From an uncultured Eubacteriales bacterium (GTDB lineage Bacteria > Bacillota > Thermincolia > Thermincolales > CAZWUW01), in contig CAZWUW010000002.1 in NCBI GenBank assembly GCA_964636895.1, positions 378 to 64,377 of the forward strand: a DNA stretch of 64,000 nt, read 5' to 3'. The position numbers and the translations under genes were made by a program. Of the stretch, positions 20,704-28,196 are shown in pieces. The notes under the pieces were generated by a model, which was not told the DNA's origin, ran no database searches, and saw only the letters and a program-made list of their open reading frames with translations. The first letter of the stretch is position 1, and every line of letters begins with the position of its first letter.

Positions 20704-22170
20704 ATGGCTGAGGAACGAGATAACTTTGGTCTGGATATATTACAGTGCTCCGACGGGGCGGAGGTTACAGACGCCTTAAAGGACCTGGTGATGCTCGCCG
20801 GGGTGCTCAAAGACCTGGCCGCTGAACGCTTTTGGAGCGAGCCCGAAGCGGTTTTTGATACTCTTAAGACCTTTGAACTCATCCGGCGCAGCACTTTTTA
20901 CGAAGAGGAAGCCGTGCAGGGAGAAGATGAGCTGGTTTACCGTTTCCAGCGCATATACGGGCGCAGCGCGGCTATTGAGATCCCCCGGCTGGTGCGGCTG
21001 GGGCAGCGGTATAATTGGATTTCCGACAGCCGGCAGCCGCCGTTGAAGTTTACCAATACCGGTAAACGGATGGTCAACCAGATTTTCCGGATTGCTAACG
21101 ACAGTCTGTTTTATCACCGGCAAAGCCCTTCCGTGCGGGAGATTTTCCAGGCGGAGCGTGATTTGCAGCTGGCGCGGGCTTATGAAGATATAGGCATCGG
21201 TCGGCAGGATACGGTGGCCAGTGTTTTGCATAACCTGGAAAACGCCGTCAATGACCTGCGCTACCAGCGGGAAAAGTATGTCCAGGATCGCAAGGCCCTG
21301 GAAAAGTATGCCAGCGTGCTGGCCCTGGTGGAGATGCTGGAGGAAGAGTTAAAAAGCCGGTTAAATAATCCGGAAGGCGTTGTTGACCGCAAGGTGGAAC
21401 GCCAGCACCAGCGGGCTACCATTGTGTTTTACCGGGTTATCCAGGAGCTTAGCGCCTTGCTGGGCGAAAACGCGGTGACCGCCCAGCTGCAGATTGGGCG
21501 CAAGATTTTGCGCATTGACCGGGATAAGTTTATGCAATACCTGTTGGATGTTTACAGCGGCCGGACCAAGGGTTTGACCTTAAAGCCCCTGCAGGTCCTG
21601 CAGTACATGGAAGAAGGGGTTTACGCCGGGGAAGGGTTGGAAGAAGAAGGTGAGCCGGGGTTGTGGCTGCCTTTCCATATCCCTTTCTTTATCCATCAGG
21701 GTGATATTGACCGGGGCCGGGAACAGTTGGGCCATTGGATCGAGAAGTGGGAGCCGCCGGACGAAGACGTTGAAGCCTCCGGCGAGATTATCTACGAAGC
21801 GGCCCGGCAGGTTACGGCGGGTGAACTGGCCCGGATTATAGGTTATACAACCTCCATCAGTGCCGAGCTAGCCACTGATACCAGGCCGGTGGTGGAATAT
21901 ATCCGGGAGCGGCCCGGGGCTTCTATGGCCGAAATTGTTAACAGCCTGGGCGGCACCTGGGGGGATGTGGTGCGGCAGTTGTTTGTGCTGGGGTTTTTAA
22001 TTACGGAAGAAGAAGCCCGGACTTTTTTGCATCGGGCCGGTGATGAAAAGGAAAAAGCCAGGAATTACAGTTTTCCTGTTAACTACCCGGAAGACGGGGT
22101 GCGGTATATAAAAGGTACGGATAAACTTGGCCGGCACCTGGAGAAGGGGGAAGCGGCAAACAATGAGTGA
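20704..22170 (+). CDS. jetA: JetA/MksF-like (kleisin-type) subunit of a Wadjet-like system
   Basis: 488 aa, first gene of a three-gene operon ending in an SMC-like ATPase. Size, order and context match type I JetA. No motif verified by eye. Confidence 0.55.
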   Translation: MAEERDNFGLDILQCSDGAEVTDALKDLVMLAGVLKDLAAERFWSEPEAVFDTLKTFELIRRSTFYEEEAVQGEDELVYRFQRIYGRSAAIEIPRLVRLGQRYNWISDSRQPPLKFTNTGKRMVNQIFRIANDSLFYHRQSPSVREIFQAERDLQLARAYEDIGIGRQDTVASVLHNLENAVNDLRYQREKYVQDRKALEKYASVLALVEMLEEELKSRLNNPEGVVDRKVERQHQRATIVFYRVIQELSALLGENAVTAQLQIGRKILRIDRDKFMQYLLDVYSGRTKGLTLKPLQVLQYMEEGVYAGEGLEEEGEPGLWLPFHIPFFIHQGDIDRGREQLGHWIEKWEPPDEDVEASGEIIYEAARQVTAGELARIIGYTTSISAELATDTRPVVEYIRERPGASMAEIVNSLGGTWGDVVRQLFVLGFLITEEEARTFLHRAGDEKEKARNYSFPVNYPEDGVRYIKGTDKLGRHLEKGEAANNE

Positions 22171-22840
22171 GGAATTTGAGACGGCACCCGTAATGGATTT
22201 TGTCACCCTTACCAAAAGTGAACAGCGGGCCTTGTCGGAGGTGCTGATTTCCAGTAAAAGCCAGACGGGCGTAAACCGGCAGCGGGTGATGAAGCTTTTG
22301 CGGGCGCGGCGGGATGAGGTTTTTGATGCTTTTCTGCGTAAAGTTAACCGGGTGCTGGGGGATGCCCTGAAAGTGGTCTATGACCCGGTGAGTGACCGGT
22401 GTATCCCGCTAACCCGGGCTAATGCCCAGTGGACCCAGGAACTGCTGGACGACCGGCACCTGGCTTTGCTGCTGTTTTGTTTTTACCTGGGCATGACTTC
22501 CCGTACCGGAAAAATCACTTTTGATGAACTGCACGGGTATTTCCAGCGTTCCAGCCTGTATGCCGAACGAAAACTGCAGCACGCTCTGGAAACCCTGGTT
22601 AAAAGCGGGTTCCTACGGGTTGAGGAAATGCCGGGGGAGGATGAAGAAACTAAACGGGTTTACCAGTTGACGGAGATTGCCAGGAACGCGTTTTCGGCGG
22701 AGTTTTTGCAGCGTATTACCGGTGAAAGCCAGGGTGGCCAGGTTACTATGGAACAGGTTTGCAGCTTTTTTGCCCTGGACAGGCTGCAGATAAAAAAGGG
22801 TGCAATTGACGAAGGCACTGAGCAGTTTCGGATGTTTTAG
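22163..22840 (+). CDS. jetB: JetB/MksE-like subunit of a Wadjet-like system
   Basis: 225 aa from the ATG at 22163 (RBS GAGAAGGGGG). The ATGAGTGA overlap with the jetA stop implies translational coupling. Size and position match JetB. Confidence 0.55.
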   Translation: MSEEFETAPVMDFVTLTKSEQRALSEVLISSKSQTGVNRQRVMKLLRARRDEVFDAFLRKVNRVLGDALKVVYDPVSDRCIPLTRANAQWTQELLDDRHLALLLFCFYLGMTSRTGKITFDELHGYFQRSSLYAERKLQHALETLVKSGFLRVEEMPGEDEETKRVYQLTEIARNAFSAEFLQRITGESQGGQVTMEQVCSFFALDRLQIKKGAIDEGTEQFRMF

Positions 22841-22852
22841 GGGGTGGAGTGA

Positions 22853-25800
22853 TTGTATCCGGTTAAAATAAGGCTGCATGGGATCCGGGATTTCACGCCG
22901 CGCAGCATGGATTTGGGCGATGAACAGGATGATGTGCTTATTGGGGGTAAGAACGGTTCCGGGAAATCCACCCTGGTTTATGCGATGTCCTTTGCTCTGG
23001 TCAGCGGGCGGGTTTCTATTGAAGGGTTGCGCTCCAAGCTCAAACGCAAAGAGCAGGACTTCTGGCATGCCCTGGTGGGGATTTTGTTTCATAACCCGCC
23101 CAGTTCGCAGCGGAAAGATGCGCCTGAATATATTGAATTGGTGGCCGAGGTGAAATCACAGGCCGGCAGCGACCGGAAAGGCGTGGTATACTACCTGCGT
23201 GGCGGCGAGACCGCGGATAAGCTGGAGGTAATCCGCAAATTTCCGTCCCGGGCTGATGCCCGGGATTATTATAAAAGGGTTTTTGATATTGATGCCGACG
23301 GTTACTTTATGTTCTGGTATCAGGGTTCCATCGCCGATTTTGCCAATATCCCGGACACGGAGCGTTTCCGCCGGGTAGCAGAGATGTTTCAGCTGGATGA
23401 GATTCAGCGGCAGTGGCAGCAGGCCAGGGAGGAAATGAAAAGGGCGGAGGAAGATTTTGAAAATGCCAGGACAGTAGCCCTGATGAAAAAAAGACGGCTG
23501 CTGGAATTGGAAAAGCACAAGAATGCCCTGGAGCAAAGGAACCATTTGCGCCGGGAGGGGCTTATGCTTTTTGACGCCTGCTGGCGGGAATTGCTGGCTA
23601 TTGCGCAGCAGGAGGAAACTCAGGTTCGCGGGCGGCTGGCGGAAGCGCTGGCAGAGTGTAACCGGCTGCAAGAAGCCAAAGAGGAATTGGAACACCGGTT
23701 GAAGCGGGCGCGAGACCACTTGGAAAAACTCAGCCGGGAAAAGAATGGCTGGGAAGAACAGGCGACCCAGGCCAGGTCCCGGATGGACGGCTGGGGCCGG
23801 GAACTGTCCGCCTGGCGGCAGGAACAGGCTGACCTGGCGGCCAGAATTGCCGATGTGGCCAATAAAATGAAGCATATCCACCGGACAAAAGAAGAACTGC
23901 TGGAGGAACAGGGGCGCTTAAAGGAGTCGATTGCCCGTCTCCTGGATGAAGGGCAGGAATTGTCTGAGAGGATAGCCCGGCTGTCTGATGAGGAGCGGGA
24001 GATAAACCGGCAAATAGGTGCTGCTGAAAAGGAAAAGGAAAACCTGGAGGAGTCGTTGGAACGGTTGCAGGAGCAGGACCAGGGCTTGGCGGCGGAGGGT
24101 GCGTTAGCCGGAGAATTGGCGGCTGGGAAAAAGCGTCTTAATCATTGCCGGGAGTTGCTGGGTCAGGCCCGCAGCCGTCATGGGGAAAAACAGCGGGAAT
24201 ATGCAGGGCTGATGGACCGGGAGTCTTTGCTGCTCAATGAACAGGAAAGACTGCTGAAGATTTACCGGGAGGCCGGCATCCAGGCGGCAGCCTTTGGCGA
24301 AATTTTCAGGATTAAGTCCGGGGTTAAGTCCGACGAAGCTGAAGCTGTGCTGGGGCCGTTGAAACATACCGTGTTTGTGGAACGTTTGCTGGCCAAAGCG
24401 CCAATTGAGAAATCATTTTATGTGGCCCCGGTGGGGGAAGGGGTGAAACGCCCGTGGTTTGAGCTGGGGAACCGGACCGGGGAGGTTTTTCAGTGGATAG
24501 AATGGGACGAGACGGCTGCCCGGAGACTTTCCGAACCTTTTTGGCGGGGTATTGAAGCTTGGCTGAACAAGGTAGAAATAGCCCGGGCGGCGCAGCAGCC
24601 GGAAGCAGCTCGGGGCAGGCTCAAGCTTTGGCAGGGGGCTCTTTGGGACACCCATGGTATCAGGGGCCCGGTGGAAAAAGGGCCTTCGATTGGCCATGAC
24701 GCCCTGGAAAAGGCCCGGGCCAAGGCCCTTGCTGAACTTGAGCAGTATGCCGGGGAAATTGCCGGGCTAGAGGATAGTATAAATCAAACGGAAATAATAG
24801 TCGCTGGGTTGGCTGCGGACCTGCGGCTGCGGCAGGAGGTTAACGCCGCCCTGCCGGCGGCGCGGGTCAGGCTGGCCGGGCTGGACAGGGAGCTTGCGGC
24901 GGCGGAGCTGAGGTATGATGAAATTACGGTATTGCGTAAAGGGTTGGAATTAGATAAAGAAGAAAAAGTACGGCTCCGGGAAAAGGAAGAAAACCTGTTA
25001 AAGGGCGTGGAAGGGGAACTGGCCGTTTACGCCGAGTACGAGAAAGAAGCCGCGGCGGTGGCCCGGCTGAATGAGTTGGAAAACAAAACAACTGCCGGTG
25101 AAAGGCAGTTACAGGCTGAAAGAGAAGTTTTATCCGCTCTTGAGCTTGATATCGAGAAAAACTGGCAGGCGATGCAGGGTCAGAACCGGGAAATGCAGGG
25201 GATGCAAGGTGAATTGAACGGGCTGGAAAATGAGTTGGAGAACAAAGGCGCCCGCCGGCAGAACCTGGAGGAAGAGGCTGATAACCTGAGCATTGAGGGT
25301 GAGGAATACCGGAATAGCGTAGAGCATATGGGACGGGAGTTTGATGAGATAATCCAAGGGCTGGTTCGTTCCGGGCAGTGGCAGCCGCCGGAGTTTTCCG
25401 AGCGGGAGCGCACCAGAGCCAATTTGCAGCGTAAGGTCAAGGAAGGACGGGACATTCTGGATGACGCCCTGGCCAGGATGGTTGACGAAGAGGCCGGGCA
25501 AAAATACGAAGATTATGCCCTGGAGTTTGCTGATGCCGGCAGGGAACTTGAGGAATCACAGGTGCGCTTTGTCAGTCTGAAGGCGCGGGAGGAAGAGCGC
25601 CGGAACGAATTTGACAAAGCCGTGTATAATCGCTGGCAGCGGACCAATCAGAAGTTTGTCGGCTTCATGCAGCGGTTGAGCATGGTGGGCGATATCAGGT
25701 CGGTGATGCCGGACCCGGAAGGACGGAACCCGCAATACCAGTGGGAACTTCATGTGGCCACAAAACTTGGTCATAAGCCGGAAAAAATCCACCCGGAATC

Positions 25801-26155
25801 TGGCCGGGTAGTGGGCGAAGGCATTTCCGGCGGGGAGCGGGCCGCCGTTTCCTTGGTTTTTGCTTTGGCTTTGCTGAGCGATATTGAAAACAAGCCGCCT
25901 TTTTATGTCTTGGACGAATTTGACAGCGCCCTGGATGAAGAACGTAAGCATGAGATCTTCGATTTATACCGTGAGGTGCTGGGTCGGAAGCTGGTTATCA
26001 TTTCGCCGCGGGTTCACGGCGATCGGTATCTGGACCGGTTCCGCAAGTTTCACTGTGTAGTGGCAAACCCCGGAGTACTGCCCGGCCAGGCGGTCAGTGA
26101 GGTCTATGATGTCACCCGGGAAGAGTACCGGGAGGTCCGGGGGCAGGAGGAGTAG
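22853..26155 (+). CDS. jetC: JetC/MksB-like SMC-family ATPase
   Basis: 1100 aa with TTG start after GGGGTGGAG. Walker A GGKNGSGKST at the N-terminus, a long charged heptad-rich middle, then signature SGGE and Walker B FYVLDEFD at the C-terminus. Confidence 0.8.
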   Translation: MYPVKIRLHGIRDFTPRSMDLGDEQDDVLIGGKNGSGKSTLVYAMSFALVSGRVSIEGLRSKLKRKEQDFWHALVGILFHNPPSSQRKDAPEYIELVAEVKSQAGSDRKGVVYYLRGGETADKLEVIRKFPSRADARDYYKRVFDIDADGYFMFWYQGSIADFANIPDTERFRRVAEMFQLDEIQRQWQQAREEMKRAEEDFENARTVALMKKRRLLELEKHKNALEQRNHLRREGLMLFDACWRELLAIAQQEETQVRGRLAEALAECNRLQEAKEELEHRLKRARDHLEKLSREKNGWEEQATQARSRMDGWGRELSAWRQEQADLAARIADVANKMKHIHRTKEELLEEQGRLKESIARLLDEGQELSERIARLSDEEREINRQIGAAEKEKENLEESLERLQEQDQGLAAEGALAGELAAGKKRLNHCRELLGQARSRHGEKQREYAGLMDRESLLLNEQERLLKIYREAGIQAAAFGEIFRIKSGVKSDEAEAVLGPLKHTVFVERLLAKAPIEKSFYVAPVGEGVKRPWFELGNRTGEVFQWIEWDETAARRLSEPFWRGIEAWLNKVEIARAAQQPEAARGRLKLWQGALWDTHGIRGPVEKGPSIGHDALEKARAKALAELEQYAGEIAGLEDSINQTEIIVAGLAADLRLRQEVNAALPAARVRLAGLDRELAAAELRYDEITVLRKGLELDKEEKVRLREKEENLLKGVEGELAVYAEYEKEAAAVARLNELENKTTAGERQLQAEREVLSALELDIEKNWQAMQGQNREMQGMQGELNGLENELENKGARRQNLEEEADNLSIEGEEYRNSVEHMGREFDEIIQGLVRSGQWQPPEFSERERTRANLQRKVKEGRDILDDALARMVDEEAGQKYEDYALEFADAGRELEESQVRFVSLKAREEERRNEFDKAVYNRWQRTNQKFVGFMQRLSMVGDIRSVMPDPEGRNPQYQWELHVATKLGHKPEKIHPESGRVVGEGISGGERAAVSLVFALALLSDIENKPPFYVLDEFDSALDEERKHEIFDLYREVLGRKLVIISPRVHGDRYLDRFRKFHCVVANPGVLPGQAVSEVYDVTREEYREVRGQEE

Positions 26156-27674
26156 AGGTATCAGGAGCAGTAGCGCCTGCAGGTGCATTAGGGGCAGTAG
26201 AGTCAGCAGGTGCAGGGAGCATAGGCCAGATAGCTCCCCAGAGGGCCTCGTCGCCCAGCATCTCTTCCTGCTCAATATCAACGTATTCCGTATGCTGTGC
26301 CAGCCAATTGACCCATTCCTGATATGGAAGGGTCTTTTCTTTTTGTACCGTCTGTTGGGCGTGTCCGGCGGCCGGCGGCAGGACCATGGCTATGCCGGGG
26401 AACAATGCGGCCAGGGCAGCAGCTATTTCTGTTCCGGCAGTGTCCGTATCCACCCAGGCGGATATACCAGAGATTTGATTGTTCTCCGTGATCAGAGTCA
26501 GCAACCGTTTATGGGCAGTGCGCAGGCGGCCGTCAATGCCTAATACCAGTATATCAGGGCGCTTTTTCAACCAGCCTGATTTGTGCATTTTAAGCAGTAG
26601 CGCTCTGTTTTCTGTGAGAATTAGCTGGGTTGCCGGGGTTTTGAAGGATATCGCCTCTTCCACCTGGATATTTGTTACGGCCTGTATTGAGGTGGCGGCT
26701 TGGCCGCCGGTAACTAGGCTCCCGGCCAGGTAGATGCTGTAAAGGCTGCCCCGGGATATGAGTCCGGTTTCGGCGAGGGAGACATTGAAAATTTCTTCTG
26801 TGTATAAAACTAGGTTGTCCCTTTGCCGGTCAAATAGCTTGGAACCGCCAATGGCCTGGTGGTAGCCGGCACCGTTTTCTTTCCAGTCAAACCCGTCAGG
26901 ACTGGCGGCAATTGCGCCGGCCAGAGCGGTCCAGAACTCGAGGGTTATAGCAAAAAAGCTATTCATGTTGGCCGGGTCAAAAACCTTGCGAGGCTGTTCG
27001 GGGAGATGCGGCGGTGCCGGGGACTCCCCTTTTAAGTAGGCACCGGTTTTATCCAGCAGGCCGCGGGATGTGATTTTAAGCTGTTCCAATAACCGCAATT
27101 GCTTCAGCAACCGCAACCGTTCCTGTGTCATTGGCTGCTCCCGGCTGTTCTCTCGGCTGCTCCCCTGGCTGTTCGACCGGGCTTCGGTGGATATTTCAAT
27201 TGCCTGCCATTTTTTGGTCAGCCTTTTTGTCCAGGCGCGGGCGCTGACTGCTGCCGATATTTTGGCCTCATTAAGGCTGGCGGTCAGTTTTAGGCCGCGG
27301 TAGTACTGTGTCTGTAACGGGGACAGACCGTCCGCTTTTAATCGCACCCACAGGATTAGCCAGCCGGCTTTAACCAGTAGATTTGCCGTTTCTTCCGGAA
27401 TGAGGTTTTGGGCAGGGGTCTGTTCTTTGAGGGCGGCAGATAATCTGCCCGCTTCCAGGGCGTTCCGGTGCCGATACAGCCTGAGCAGAAGGTCATGCAG
27501 CCCTTTGCCGGGCGTGAAATCATCCTGGCCCCACTCGACGTAGCCCGCTGTTTTTATTTTGCGCGCGCTTTCGAGGTAGACTTTCCAGTGCCAAAAGCCT
27601 TCTCTGACCATAGGCTCGGAGGCTGGGCGCCAGCCGGCCAGCAGTTTTATTTCAGGCGGAAATTCTAAGTGCAT
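26112..27674 (-). CDS. jetD: JetD/MksG-like Toprim-domain protein, encoded convergently to jetABC
   Basis: 520 aa. Ordered Toprim-type acidic motifs LILTENRALL (E355), VLGIDG, WVDTDTAG (D409/D411) and DIEQEE. Own RBS AAGGAG 6 nt before the ATG. The 3' end overlaps the jetC 3' end by 44 nt. Confidence 0.65.
   Translation of the reverse strand: MHLEFPPEIKLLAGWRPASEPMVREGFWHWKVYLESARKIKTAGYVEWGQDDFTPGKGLHDLLLRLYRHRNALEAGRLSAALKEQTPAQNLIPEETANLLVKAGWLILWVRLKADGLSPLQTQYYRGLKLTASLNEAKISAAVSARAWTKRLTKKWQAIEISTEARSNSQGSSRENSREQPMTQERLRLLKQLRLLEQLKITSRGLLDKTGAYLKGESPAPPHLPEQPRKVFDPANMNSFFAITLEFWTALAGAIAASPDGFDWKENGAGYHQAIGGSKLFDRQRDNLVLYTEEIFNVSLAETGLISRGSLYSIYLAGSLVTGGQAATSIQAVTNIQVEEAISFKTPATQLILTENRALLLKMHKSGWLKKRPDILVLGIDGRLRTAHKRLLTLITENNQISGISAWVDTDTAGTEIAAALAALFPGIAMVLPPAAGHAQQTVQKEKTLPYQEWVNWLAQHTEYVDIEQEEMLGDEALWGAIWPMLPAPADSTAPNAPAGATAPDTSTPPAPGPPGTLPG
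27310..27341. repeat. repeat A, copy 1 (inside jetD codons 112-122)
   Basis: GTCTGTAACGGGGACAGACCGTCCGCTTTTAA is 31/32 identical to 30806-30837. Confidence 0.9.
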
Positions 27675-27751
27675 TGGGCTCTCCTTGTTGTTTATATTAA
27701 AAGTAATGCAGGGTATTTTCTTTGTTTGGTAAGCTTTTTCCTGCTTGTGAC

Positions 27752-27800
27752 AAGAATTAAAAAAATCATCTTCCGCATTTAGCGAGAAGGTGATTTTTGG
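27752..27800. repeat. repeat B, copy 1 (degenerate bidirectional-terminator hairpin) 77 nt upstream of jetD
   Basis: AAGAATTAAAAAAATCATCTTCCGCATTTAGCGAGAAGGTGATTTTTGG differs from 30839-30888 by 4 substitutions and a 1-nt indel. Confidence 0.85.
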
Positions 27801-27802
27801 GG

Positions 27803-27868
27803 ATTTAACCGGTGGCCAGCTCTATTCTGCTCCTGAATGAACCAACCAACATCCACGAGAAAGAGCAT
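27803..27868 (+). pseudogene. fragment of an ABC-F/ABC ATPase gene (signature-to-Walker B region) with internal deletion
   Basis: ATTTAACCGGTGGCCAGC matches 32100-32117 (LSGGQ region) of the intact ABC-F gene. TATTCTGCTCCTGAATGAACCAACCAAC matches 32161-32188 (LLLDEPTN). The 43 nt between them are missing. Confidence 0.7.
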
Positions 27869-27912
27869 GCCTGACAACAGGCAGCCGGTTGGCTGCCTGT
27901 TGTCAGGCATGC
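27865..27912. repeat. 48-bp perfect palindrome (22-bp arms, 4-nt centre)
   Basis: GCATGCCTGACAACAGGCAGCC-ggtt-GGCTGCCTGTTGTCAGGCATGC with no T-run following. Confidence 0.95.
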
Positions 27913-28024
27913 TCGCAATTTCCAAAATATCAAGGAAAAAGCAAAAAAACTTGCTTTTTTTAGCAATTGCACCTATAATAAATTAGTAAAGTCGTTTTAG
28001 AATTTAATAATTTTATATTTATAT

Positions 28025-28116
28025 AGAGGGAGTAACGCTCTGTGATTATTTCACAGAGGTATTGGTCGTCATCACGGTTGATTAACCCGGCCATTATCAT
28101 AAGTCGTGAGACTCTG
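28025..28116 (+). promoter_or_regulatory. candidate yybP-ykoY (Mn2+) riboswitch
   Basis: AGAGGGAGUAAC...GGUCGUCA...UUGAUUAA...GUCGUGAGACUCU resembles the GGGGAGUAG / GUCGUCA / UUGACAUA / AGCAAGACC elements of the L. lactis Mn2+ riboswitch. The 3' strand overlaps a terminator, and it sits upstream of a P-type ATPase. Confidence 0.55.
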
Positions 28117-28148
28117 TGCCATAATTATTATAGGTACAGAGTTTTTTT
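28110..28148 (+). terminator. riboswitch expression-platform terminator
   Basis: ACTCTGTGCC-ataattattat-GGTACAGAGT followed by TTTTTTT; the 5' arm shares bases with the putative closing helix of the aptamer. Confidence 0.6.
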
Positions 28149-28196
28149 ATTGTCAAAAAGTTTTTGGTAGCTATTTATTATGAGGGAGGCAAGCGA

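Noticed and set aside
23156-23881. A 241-aa minus-strand ORF inside jetC, along with similar antisense ORFs at 25130-25501 and 25556-25951.
   Set aside because: They are shadow ORFs on the antisense strand of a G+C-rich, repeat-like coiled-coil coding region. Their sequences are low-complexity and Pro/Gly/Leu/Phe-rich, with no RBS and no recognisable motifs.
22853-26155. Alternative reading of the SMC-like ATPase as SbcC/Rad50 or Lamassu LmuB.
   Set aside because: There is no SbcD/Mre11 nuclease or LmuA-type effector nearby. Two small upstream partner genes and a Toprim protein fit the Wadjet/Mks arrangement better.
26097-26543. A 148-aa plus-strand ORF continuing past the jetC stop region.
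   Set aside because: It is out of frame with jetC, antisense to the motif-bearing JetD-like ORF, and Arg/Ser/Gly-rich low complexity.
28164-28196. N-terminal extensions of several listed ORFs, with starts at 28164, 31497, 35314, 36271, 39826, 42211, 48249 and 56371.
   Set aside because: Internal start codons with properly spaced Shine-Dalgarno sequences and family-typical N-termini fit better. In one case (35314) the extension overlaps a promoter.
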